In this document: one piece after another, positions 26,401 through 39,334 of the stretch | Position numbering within the stretch: position 1 is the stretch's first letter | How the letters are laid out: each line of letters opens with the position of its first letter | Assembly (NCBI GenBank): GCA_964016885.1 | Contig: OZ024751.1 | Location: 2,480,001 to 2,544,000, forward strand | DNA: 64,000 nt | Reading direction: 5' to 3' | From: Eledone cirrhosa | Taxonomy: Eukaryota | Program-made: the position numbers and the translations under genes | The notes under the pieces: generated by a model | Databases searched by the model: none | Told to the model about the DNA's origin: nothing | What the model saw: the letters and a program-made list of their open reading frames with translations, nothing else

Positions 26401-29400
26401 TCATGCCGAAACTTCCTTGTTGAACAGTCATGTTGAACCTTCTCTGTTAAACTGTCATATTGAACCTTCTCTGTTGAAGTGTCATGTTGTACCTTCTCTG
26501 TTTAACTGTCATATTGAACCTTCTCTATTTAATTGTCATATTGAACCTTCTCTGATGAACTGTAATATTGAACCTTCCCTGTTGAACTGTCATATTAAAC
26601 CTTCTCTGTTGAACTGTCATATTGAACCTTCCCTGTTGAACTGTCATGTTGAACCTTCTCTGTTTAACAGTCATATTGAACATTCTCTGTTGAACTGTCA
26701 TGCTGAACCTTCCTTGTTGAACTGTATTACTGAACCTTCTCTGTTGAACTGTCATATTGAAACTTCCCTGTTGAACTGTCATGTTAGACCTTCCCTGTTT
26801 AACTGTCATATTGAACCTTCCCTGTTGAAATGTCATGTTGAACCTTCTATGTTTAACTGTCATATTGAACTTTCTCTGTTGAACTGTCATGCTGAACCTT
26901 CCTTGTTGAACAGTCATGTTGAACCTTCTCTGTTGAACTGTCATATTGAACCTTCTCTGTTGAAGTGTCATGTTGTACCTTCTCTGTTTAACTGTCATAT
27001 TGAACCTTCTCTATTTAACTGTCATATTGACCCTTCTCTCATGAACTGTAATATTGAACCTTCCCAGTTGAACTGTCATGTTGAACCTTCTCCGTTTATC
27101 AGTCATATTGAACATTCTCTGTTGAACTGTCATGCTGAACCTTCCTTGTTGAACTGTATTATTGAACATTCTCTGTTGAACTGTCATGCTGAACCATCCT
27201 TGTCGAACTGTATTACTGAACCTTTTCTGTTGAACTGTCATATTGAAACTTCCCTGTTGAACCGTCATGTTGGACCTTCCCTGTTTAACTGTCATATTGA
27301 ACCTTCCCTGTTGAACTGTCATATTGAACTTTCTCTGTTGAACTGTCATATTGAACCTTCCCTGTTGAACTGTCATGTTGAACCTTCTCTGTTTAACTGT
27401 CATATTGAACTTTCTCTGTTGAACTGTCATGCTGAACCTTCCCTGTTGAACTGTCATATTGAACCTTCTCTGTTGAACTGTCATACTGTACCTTCCCTGT
27501 TGAACTATTATATTGAACCTTCTCTGTTGAACTGTCATGCTGAACCTTCTCTGTTTAACTGTCATATTGAACCTTCTCTGTTTAACTGTTGTATTGAACC
27601 TTCTCTGTTGAACTGTCATATTGAACCTTCCCTGTTGAACTGTCATGTTGAACCTTCTCTGTTTAACTGTCATATTGAACATTCTCGGTTGAACTGTCAT
27701 GCTGAACCTTCCTTGTTGAACTGTCATGTTGAACCTTCTCTGTTGAACTGTCATATTGAACCTTCTCTGTTGAACTGTCATGTTGGACCTTCTCTATTTA
27801 ACTGTCATATTCAACCTTCCCTGTTGAACTGTCATATTGGACCTTCTGTGTTGAACTGTCATATTGAACAATCTGTGTTGAACTGTCATGCTGAATCTTC
27901 CCTGTTGAACTGTCATATTGAACCTTCCCTGTTTAACTGTCATATTGAACTTTCTCTGTTGAACTATCATGCTGAACCTTCCCAGTTGAACTGTCATGCT
28001 GAACCTTCCGTGTTTAACTGTCATATTGAACTTTCTCTGTTGAACTGTCATGCTGAACCTTCCCTGTTGAACTGTCATATTGAACCTTCTCTGTTGAACT
28101 GTCATACTGAACCTTCTCTGTTGAACAGTCATTCTGAACCTTCCCTGTTGAACTGTCATATTGAACTTTCTCTGTTGAACTATCATATTGAACTTTCTCT
28201 GTTGAACTGTCATGGTGAACCTTCTCTGTTGAACTGTCATACTGAACCTTCTATGTTGAACTGTCATATTGAACCTTCCCTGTTGAACTGTCATGTTGAA
28301 CCTTCTCTGTTTAACTGTCATATTGAACTTTCTCTGTTGAACTGTCGTATTGAACCATCCCTGTTGAACTGTCATGTTGGACCTTCCCTGTTTTGCTCTC
28401 AAATTGAACCATCCCTGTTGAACTGTCATATTTAACTTTCCCTGTTGAACTGACATACTGAACCTTCCCTTTTGAAATGTCATGCTGAACCTTCCCTTTT
28501 GAAATGTCATGCTGAACTTTCTCTGTTGAACTGTCATGCTGAAGCTTCCCTGTTGAACTGTCATGCTGAACCCCCCTGTTTAACTGTCATATTGAACATT
28601 CTCTGTTGAACTGTCATGCTGAACCTTCCCTGTTTAACTATCATACTGAACTTTCTGTGTTGAACTATCATACTGAACTTTCTGTGTTGAACTGTCATGT
28701 TGGACCTTCTCTGTTGAACTGTCATGTTGGACCTTCTCTGTTGAAGTGTCATATTGAATCTTCTCTGTAGAACTGTCATATTGAACCTATTTGTTTAACT
28801 GTGATATTGAACTTTCTCTGTTGAACTGTCATACTGAACCTTCTCTGTTGAACTGTCATATTGAACATTCTCTGTTGAACTGTCCTGCTGAAGCTTCCCT
28901 ATTGAACTGTCATATTGAACCTTCTCTGTTGAACTGTCATGTTGGACCTTCTCTGTTTAACTGTCATATTGAACCTTCTCTGTTGAACTGTCATATTGAA
29001 CTTTCTCTGTTGAACTGTCATGCTGAATCTTCCCTGTTGAACTGTCATGATGAACCTTCCATGTTGAACTGTCATATTGAACCTTCTCTGTTGAACTGTC
29101 ATGTTGGACCTTCTCTGTTTAACTATCATATTGAACCTTCTCTGTTTAACTATCATATTGGACTTTCTCTGTTGAACTGACATGCTGAAACTTCCCTGTT
29201 GAACTGTCATATTGAACCTTCTCTGTTGAACTGTCGTATTGAACCTTCCCTGTTGAACTGTCATGTTGGACATTCCCTGTTTAACTCTCATATTGAACCT
29301 TCCCTGTTGAACTGTCATATTGAACGTTCCCTGTTGAACTGTCATGCTGAAACTTCCATGTTGAACTGTCATGTTGAACCTTCTCTGTTTAACTGTCATG

Positions 29401-32400
29401 CTGAATCTTCTCTGTTGAACTGTCATATTGAACTTTCTCTGTTGAACTGTCATGTTGAATCTTCCCTGTTGAACTGTCATGCTGAACCTTCCCTGTTTAA
29501 CTATCATATTGAACTTTCTCTGTTGAACTATCATGCTGAACATTCCCTGTTGAACTGTCATATTGAACTTTCTCTGTTGAACTGTCATGCTGAACCTTCC
29601 CTGTTGAACTATCATATTGAACCTTCTCTGTTGAACTGTCATGTTGGACGTTCTCTGTTTAACTGTCATGTTGGACCTTCTCTGTTTAACTGTCATATTG
29701 AACCTTCTCTGTTGAACTGTCATATTGAACCTTATCTGTTGAACTGTCATGTTGGACCTTCTCTGTTAAACTGTCATATTGAACCTTCTCTGTAGAACTG
29801 TCATATTGAACCTTCTCTGTTGAACTGTCATATTGAACCTTCCCTGTTTAACTGTCATGCTGAATGTTCCCTGTGGACCTGTCATGTTGGACCTTCTCTG
29901 TGTAACTGTCATATTGAACCTTCTCTGTTTAACTGTCATATTGAACCTTCTCTGTTGAACTGTCATATTGAACCTTCCCTGTTGAACTGTCATGTTGAAC
30001 CTTCACTGTTTAACTGTCATATTGAACATTCTCTGTTTAACTGTCATGCTGAAACTTCCTTGTTGAACTGTCATGTTGAACCTTCTCTGTTGAACTGTCA
30101 TATTGAACCTTATCTGTTGAACTGTCATGTTGGACCTTCTCTGTTGAACTGTCATACTGAAAATTCTCTGTTGAACTGTCATATTGAAACTTCCCTGTTG
30201 AACTGTCATTTTGGACCTTCCCTGTTTAACTGTCATGCTGAACCTTCCCTGTTGAACTGTCATGCTGAACCTTCCCTGTTTAACTGTCATGCTGAACCTT
30301 CTAAGTTGAACTGACATGCTGAACATTCCCTGTTGAACTGTCATGTTGGACCTTCTCTGTTTAACTCATATTGAACTTTCTCTGTTGAAGTGTCATGCTG
30401 AACCTTCCTTGTTGAACTGTCATGTTGAACCTTCTCTGTTGAACTGTCATATTGAACCTTCTCTGTAGAACTGTCATATTGAACCTTCTTTGTTTAACTG
30501 TCATATTGAACTTTCTCTGTTGAACTGTATTATTGAACATTCTCTGTTGAACTGTCATGCTGAACCTTCCCTGTTGAACTGTTATATTGAACCTTCTCTG
30601 TTGAACTGTCATGTTGGACCTTCTCTGTTTAACTTTCATATTGAACCTTCTCTGTTTAACTCTCATATTGAACTTTCTCTGTTGAACTGTCATGCTGAAC
30701 CTTCCCTATTGAACTGTCATATTGAACCTTCTCTGTTGAACTGTCATGCTGAACCTTCCCTGTTGAACTATCATATTGAACCTTCTCTGTTGAACTGTCA
30801 TGTTGGACCTTCTCTGTTTAACTGTCATATAGAACCTTCTCTTTTTAACTGTCATATTGAACCTTCTCTGTTGAACTGTCATATTGAACCTTCCCTGTTG
30901 AACTGTCATGTTGAACCATCTCTGTTTAACTGTCATATTGAACATTCTCTGTTGAACTATCTTGCTGAACCTTCCTTGTTGAACTGTCATGTTGAACCCT
31001 CTCTGTTGAACTGTCATATTGAACCTTCTCTGTTGAACTGTCATGTTGGACCTTCTCTATTGAACTGTCATATTTAACCTTCTCTGTTGAACTGTCATAT
31101 TGGACCTTCTGTGTTGAACTGTCATATTGAACAATCTGTGTTGAACTGTCATGCTGAATCTTCCCTGTTGAACTGTCATAGTGAACCTTCCCTGTTTAAA
31201 TGTCATATTGAACTTTCTCTGTTGAACTATCATGCTGAACCGTCCCAGTTGAAAAGTCATGCTGAACCTTCCCTGTTTAACTGTCATATTGAACTTTCTC
31301 TGTTGAACTGTCATGCTCAACATTCCCTGTTGAACTGTCATATTGAACCTTCTCTGTTGAACTATCATATTGAACTTTCTCTGTTGAACTGTCATGCTGA
31401 ACCTTCCCTGTTGAACTGTCATGGTGAACCTTCTCTGTTGAACTGTCATACTGAACCTTCTCTGTTGAACTGTCGTATTGAACCATCCCTGTTGAACTGT
31501 CATGTTGGACCTTCCCTGTTTTGCTCTCAAATTGAACCATCCCTGTTGAACTGTCATATTTAACTTTCCCTGTTGAACTGTCATGCTGAAGCTTCCCTGT
31601 TGAACTGTCATGCTGAACCCCCCTGTTTAACTGTCATATTGAACATTCTCTGTTGAACTGTCATACTGAACCTTCCCTGTTGAACTATCATACTGAACTT
31701 TCTGTGTTGAACTGTCATACTGAACTTTCTGTGTTGAACTGTCATGTTGGACTTTCTCTGTTGAACTGTCATGTTGGACCTTCTCTGTTGAAGTGTCATA
31801 TTGAATCTTCTCTGTAGAACTGTCATATTGAACCTATTTGTTTAACTGTGATATTGAACTTTCTCTGTTGAAATGTCATACTGAACCTTCTCTGTTGAAC
31901 TGTCCTGCTGAAGCTTCCCTATTGAACTGTCATATTGAACCTTCTCTGTTGAACTGTCATGTTGGACCTTCTCTGTTTAACTGTCATATTGAACCTTCTC
32001 TGTTGAACTGTCATATTGAACCTTCTCTGTTGAACTGTCATGTTGGACCTTCTCTGTTGAACTGTCATATTGAACTTTCTCTGTTGAACTGTCATGCTGA
32101 ATCTTCCCTGTTGAACTGTCATGCTGAACCTTCCCTGTTGAACTGTCATATTGAACCTTCTCTGTTGAACTGTCATGTTGGACCTTCTCTGTTTAACTAT
32201 CATATTGAACCTTCTCTGTTTAACTATCATAGTGAACTTTCTCTGTTGAACTGACATGCTGAAACTTCCCTGTTGAACTGTCATGTTGAACCTTCTCTGT
32301 TGAACTTTCATATTGAACCTTCTCTGTTGAACTGTTGTATTGAACCTTCCCTGTTGAACTGTCATGTTCGACATTCCCTGTTTAACTCTCATATTGAATC

Positions 32401-35400
32401 TTCCCTGTTGAACTGTCATGTTGAACCTTCTCTGTTTAACTGTCATGCTGAACCTTCTCTGTTGAACTGTCATATTGAACTTTCTCTGTTGAACTGTCAT
32501 GCTGAATCTTCCCTGTTGAACTGTCATGCTGAACCTTCCCTGTTTAACTATCATATTGAACTTTCTCCGTTGAACTGTCATGCTGAACATTCCCTGTTGA
32601 ACTGTCATATTGAACTTTCTCTGTTGAACTGTCATGCTGAACCTTCCCTGTTGAACTATCATATTGAACTTTCTCTGTTGAACTGTCATGTTGGACGTTC
32701 TCAGTTTAACTGTCATATTGAACCTTCTCTGTTTAACTGTCATATTGAACCTTCTCTGTTGAACTGTCATATTGAACCTTCTCTGTAGAACTGTCATATT
32801 GAACCTTCTCTGTTTAACTGTCATATTGTACTTTCTCTGTTGAACTGTCATACTGAACCTTCTATGTTGAACTGTCATATTGAAACTTCCCTGTTGAACT
32901 GTCATGTTTGACCTTCTCTGTTTAACTGTCATATTGAACATTCTCTGTTGAACTGTCATGCTGAACCTTCCTTGTTGAACTGTATTATTGAACATTCTCT
33001 GTTGAACTGTCATGCTGAACTATCCATGTTGAACTGTATTACTGAACTTTCTCTGTTGAAATGTCATATTGAACCTTCCCTGTTGAACTGTCATGTTGAA
33101 CCTTCTCTGTTTAACTGTCATATTGAACTTTCTCTGTTGAACTGTCATGCTGAACCTTCCCTGTTGAACTGTCATATTGAACCTTCTCTTTTGAACAGTC
33201 ATTCTGAACCTTCCCTGTTGAACTGTCATATTGAACTTTCTCTGTTGAACTATCATATTGAACTTTCTCTGTTGAACTGTCATGCTGAACCTTCCCTGTT
33301 GAACTGTCATGGTGAACCTTCTCTGTTGAACTGTCGTATTGAACCATCCCTGTTGAACTGTCATGTTGGATCTTCCCTGTTTTGCTCTCAAATTGAACCA
33401 TCCCTGTTGAACTGTCATATTTAACTTTCCCTGTTGAACTGTCATGCTGAAGCTTCCCTGTTGAACTGTCATGCTGAACCCCCCTGTTTAACTGTCATAT
33501 TGAACATTCTCTGTTGAACTGTCATGCTGAACCTTCCCTGTTGAACTATCATACTGAACTCTCTGAGTTGAACTGTCATACTGAACTTTCTGTGTTGAAC
33601 TGTCATGTTGGACCTTCTCTGTTGAACTGTCATGTTGGACCTTCTCTGTTGAAGTGTCATATTGAATCTTCTCTGTAGAACTGTCATATTGAACCTAATT
33701 GTTTAACTGTGATATTGAACTTTCTCTGTTGAACTGTCATACTGAACCTTCTCTGTTGAACTGTCCTGCTGAAGCCTCCCTATTGAACTGTCATATTGAA
33801 CCTTCTCTGTTGAACTGTCATGTTGGACCTTCTCTGTTTAACTGTCATATTGAACCTTCTCTGTTGAACTGTCATATTGAACCTTCTCTGTTGAACTGTC
33901 ATGCTGGACCTTCTCTGTTGAACTGTCATATTGAACTTTCTCTGTTGAACTGTCATATTTAACCTTCTCTGTTGAACTGTCATATTGGACCTTCTGTGTT
34001 GAACTGTCATATTGAACAATCTGTGTTGAACTGTCATGCTGAATCTTCCCTGTTGAACTGTCATAGTGAACCTTCCCTGTTTAACTGTCATATTGAACTT
34101 TCTCTGTTGAACTATCATGCTGAACCTTCCCAGTTGAACTGTCATGCTGAACCTTCCCTGTTTAACTGTCATATTGAACTTTCTCTGTTGAACTGTCATG
34201 CTCAACATTCCCTGTTGAACTGTCATATTGAACCTTCTCTGTTGAACTATCATATTGAACTTTCTCTGTTGAACTATCATATTGAACTTTCTCTGTTGAA
34301 CTGTCATGGTGAACCTTCTCTGTTGAACTGTCATACTGAACCTTCTCTGTTGAACTGTCGTATTGAACCATCCCTGTTGAACTGTCATGTTGGACCTTCC
34401 CTGTTTTGCTCTCAAATTGAACCATCCCTGTTGAACTGTCATATTTAACTTTCCCTGTTGAACTGTCATGCTGAAGCTTCCCTGTTGAACTGTCATGCTG
34501 AACCCCCCTGTTTAATTGTCATATTGAACATTCTCTGTTGAACTGTCATGCTGAACCTTCCCTGTTGAACTATCATACTGAACTTTCTGTGTTGAACTGT
34601 CATACTGAACTTTCTGTGTTGAACTGTCATGTTGGACCTTCTCTGTTGAACTGTCATGTTGGACCTTCTCTGTTGAAGTGTCATATTGAATCTTCTCTGT
34701 AGAACTGTCATATTGAACCTATTTGTTTAACTGTGATATTGAACTTTCTCTGTTGAACTGTCATACTGAACCTTCTCTGTTGAACTGTCCTGCTGAAGCT
34801 TCCCTATTGAACTGTCATGTTAGACCTTCCCTGTTGAACTGTCATATTTAACCTTCTCTGTTGAACTGTCATATTGGACCTTCTGTGTTGAACTGTCATA
34901 TTGAACAATCTGTGTTGAACTGTCATGCTGAATCTTCCCTGTTGAACTGTCATGCTGAACCTTCCCTGTTTAACTATCATATTGAACTTTCTCTGTTGAA
35001 CTGTCATGCTGAACATTCCCTGTTGAACTGTCATATTGAACTTTCTCTGTTGAACTGTCATGCTGAACCTTCCCTGTTGAACTATCATATTGAACCTTCT
35101 CTGTTGAACTGTCATGTTGGACGTTCTCAGTTTAACTGTCATATTGAACCTTCTCTGTTGAACTGTCATATTGAACCTTCTCTGTAGAACTGTCATATTG
35201 AACCTTCTCTGTTTAACTGTCATATTGCACTTTCTCTGTTGAACTGTCATACTGAACCTTCTATGTTGAACTGTCATATTGAAACTTCCCTGTTGAACTG
35301 TCATGTTGAACCTTCTCTGTTTAACTGTCATATTGAACATTCTCTGTTGAACTGTCATGCTGAACCTTCCTTGTTGAACTGTATTATTGACCATTCTCTG

Positions 35401-38400
35401 TTGAACTGTCATGCTGAACTATCCATGTTGAACTGTATTACTGAACTTTCTCTGTTGAACTGTCATATTGAACCTTCCCTGTTGAACTGTCATGTTGAAC
35501 CTTCTCTGTTTAACTGTCATATTGAACATTCTCTGTTGAACTGTCATGCTGAACCTTCCCTGTTGAACTGTCATATTGAACCTTCTCTGTTGAACAGTCA
35601 TTCTGAACCTTCCCTGTTGAACTGTCATATTGAACTTTCTCTGTTGAACTATCATATTGATCTTTCTCTGTTGAACTGTCATGCTGAACCTTCCCTGTTG
35701 AACTGTCATGGTGAACCTTCTCTGTTGAAGTGTCATACTGAACCTTCTCTGTTGAACTGTCGTATTGAACCATCGCTGTTGAACTGTCATGTTGGACCTT
35801 CCCTGTTTTGCTCTCAAATTGAACCATCCCTGTTGAACTGTCATATTTAACTTTCCCTGTTGAACTGTCATGCTGAAGCTTCCCTGTTGAACTGTCATGC
35901 TGAAACCCCCTGTTTAACTGTCATATTGAACATTTTCTGTTGAACTGTCATGCTGAACCTTCCCTGTTGAACTATCATACTGAACTTTCTGTGTTGAACT
36001 GTCATACTGAACTTTCTGTGTTGAACTGTCATGTTGGAGCTTCTCTGTTGAACTGTCATGTTGGACCTTCTCTGTTGAAGTGTCATATTGAATCTTCTCT
36101 GTAGAACTGTCATATTGAACCTATTTGTTTAACTGTGATATTGAACTTTCTCTGTTGAACTGTCATACTGAACCTTCTCTGTTGAACTGTCCTGCTGAAG
36201 CTTCCCTATTGAACTGTCATATTGAACCTTCTCTGTTGAACTGTCATGTTGGACCTTCTCTGTTTAACTGTCATATTGAACCTTCTCTGTTGAACTGTCA
36301 TATTGAACCTTCTCTGTTGAACTGTTATGCTGGACCTTCTCTGTTGAACTGTCATATTGAACTTTCTCTGTTGAACTGTCATGCTGAATCTTCCCTGTTG
36401 AACTGTCATGCTGAACCTTCCCTGTTGAACTGTCATATTGAACCTTCTCTGTTGAACTGTCATGTTGGACCTTCTCTGTTTAACTATCATATTGAACCTT
36501 CTCTGTTTAACTATCATATTGAACTTTCTCTGTTGAACTGACATGCTGAACCTTCCCTGTTGAACTGTCATGTTGAACCTTCTCTGTTGAACTTTCATAT
36601 TGAACCTTCTCTGTTGAACTGTTGTATTGAACCTTCCCTGTTGAACTGTCATGTTGGACATTCCCTGTTTAACTCTCATATTGAATCTTCCCTGTTGAAC
36701 TGTCATATTGAACGTTCCCTGTTGAACTGTCATGCTGAAACTTCCATGTTGAACTGTCATGTTGAACCTTCTCTGTTTAACTGTCATGCTGAACCTTCTC
36801 TGTTGAACTGTCATATTGAACTTTCTCTGTTGAACTGTCATGCTGAATCTTCCCTGTTGAACTGTCATGCTGAACCTTCCCTGTTTAACTATCATATTGA
36901 ACTTTCTCCGTTGAACTGTCATGCTGAACATTCCCTGTTGAACTGTCATATTGAACTTTCTCTGTTGAACTGTCATGCTGAACCTTCCCTGTTGAACCAT
37001 GATATTGAACCTTCTCTGTTGAACTGTCATGTTGGACGTTCTCTGTTTAACTGTCATATTGAACCTTCTCTGTTTAACTGTCATATTGAACCTTCTCTGT
37101 TGAACTGTCATATTGAACCTTCTCTGTTGAACTGTCATACTGAACCTTCTATGTTGAACTGTCATATTGAAACTTCCCTGTTGAACTGTCATGTTGAACC
37201 TTCTCTGTTTAACTGTCATATTGAACATTCTCTGTTGAACTGTCATGCTGAACCTTCCTTGTTGAACTGTATTATTGAACATTCTCTGTTGAACTGTCAT
37301 GCTGAACCATCCATGTTGAACTGTATTACTGAACTTTCTCTGTTGAACTGTCATATTAAACCTTCCCTGTTGAACTGTCATGTCGAACCTTCTCTGTTTA
37401 ACTGTCATATTGAACTTTCTCTGTTGAACTGTCATGCTGAACCTTCCCTGTTAAACTATTATATTGAACCTTCTATGTTGAACTGTCATGTTGAACCTTC
37501 TCTGTTTAACTGTCATATTGAACCTTCTCTGTTTAACTGTCGTATTGAACCTTCTCTGTTGAACTGTCATATTGAACCTTCCCTGTTGAACTGTCATGTT
37601 GAACCTTCTGTTTAACTGTCATATTGAACATTCTTGGTTGAACTGTCATGCTGAACCTTCGTTGTTGAACTGTGATGTTGAACCTTCTCTGTTGAACTGT
37701 CATATTGAACCTTCTCTGTTGAACTGTCATGTTGGACCTTCTCTATTGAACTGTCATATTTAACCTTCTCTGTTGAACTGTCATATTGGACCTTCTGTGT
37801 TGAACTGTGATATTGAACAATCTGTGTTGAACTGTCATGCTGAATCTTCCCTGTTGAACTGTCATATTGAACCTTCCCTGTTTAACTGTCATATTGAACT
37901 TTCTCTGTTGAACTATCATGCTGAACCTTCCCAGTTGAACTGTCATGCTGAACCTTCCCTGTTTAACTGTCATATTGAACTTTCTCTGTTGAACTGTCAT
38001 GCTGAACCTTCCCTGTTGAACTGTCATATTGAACCTTCTCTGTTGAACAGTCATTCTGAACCTTCCCTGTTGAACTGTCATATTGAACTTTCTCTGTTGA
38101 ACTATCATATTGAACTTTCTCTGTTGAACTGTCATGCTGAACCTTCCCTGTTGAACTGTCATGGTGAACCTTCTCTGTTGAACTGCCATACTGAACCTTC
38201 TCTGTTGAACCGTCGTATTGAACCTTCCCTGTTGAACTGTCATGTTGGACCTTCCCTGTATTCCTCTCAAATTGAACCATCCCTGTTGAACTGTCATGTT
38301 TAACTTTCCCTGTTGAACTAACATACTGAACCTTCCCTTTTGAAATGTCATGCTGAACCTTCCCTTTTGAAATGTCATGCTGAACTTTCTCTGTTGAACT

Positions 38401-39147
38401 GTCATGCTGAAGCTTCCCTGTTGAACTGTCATGCTGAACCCCCCTGTTTAACTGTCATATTGAACTTTCTCTGTTGAACTGTCATGCTGAACCTTCCTTG
38501 TTGAACTGTCATGTTGAACCTTCTCTGTTGAACTGTCATATTGAACCTTCTCTGTTGAACTGTCATGTTGGACCTTCTCTGTTGAACCGTCATATTGAAC
38601 CTTCTCTGTAGAACTGTCATATTGAACCTTCTTTGTTTAACTGTCATATTGAACTTTCTCTGTTGAACTGTATTATTGAACATTCTCTGTTGAACTGTCA
38701 TGCTGAACTTTCGCTGTTGAACTGTTATATTGAACCGTCTCTGTTGAACTGTCATGTTGGACCTTCTCTGTTTAACTGTCATGTTGAACCTTCTCTGTTT
38801 AACTCTCATATTGAACTTTCTCTGTTGAACTGTCATGCAGAACCTTCCCTGTTGAACTGTCATATTGAACCTTCTCTGTTGAACTGTCATGCTGAACCTT
38901 CCCTGTTGAACTATCATATTAAACCTTCTCTGTTGAACTGTCATGTTGGACCTTCTCTGTTTAACTGTCATATAGAACCTTCTCTTTTTAACTGTCATAT
39001 TGAACCTTCTCTGTTGAACTGTCATATTGAACCTTCCCTGTTGAACTGTCATGTTGAACCTTCTCTGTTTAACTGTCATATTGAACATTCTCTGTTGAAC
39101 TGTCATGCTGAACCTTCCTTGTTGAACTGTCATGTTGAACCTTCTCT
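20288..39147. repeat. Large tandem segmental duplication within the satellite, copy A (about 18.9 kb)
   Basis: Colinear ORF pairs with copy B: 20369/39416, 21371/40418, 23720/42821, 26096/47978, 29199/51135, 30490/52507, 33699/55689, 35239/57607, 37773/60168, 38633/61028. Confidence 0.92.
27800..38460. repeat. Satellite domain marked by a divergent monomer cassette (ttttgctctcaaattgaaccatccc followed by gaacccccctg), six irregularly spaced copies, repeated at about 49.7-60.85 kb
   Basis: The marker is at about 28391, 31519, 33380, 34404, 35806 and 38259 (variant), and at about 50273, 53536, 55370, 56394, 58174 and 60654. It was not seen before 28 kb. Confidence 0.88.
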
Positions 39148-39334
39148 GTTGAACTGTCATATTGAAAGTTCGCTGTTGAACTGTCATGTTGGACCTTCTC
39201 TGTTGAACTGTCATGTTGAACCTTCTCTGTTTAACTATCATATTGAACTTTCTCTGTTGAACTGTGATGCTGAACCTTCCCTGTTGAACTGTCATATTGA
39301 ACCTTCTCTGTTGAACTGTCATGCTGAACCTTCC

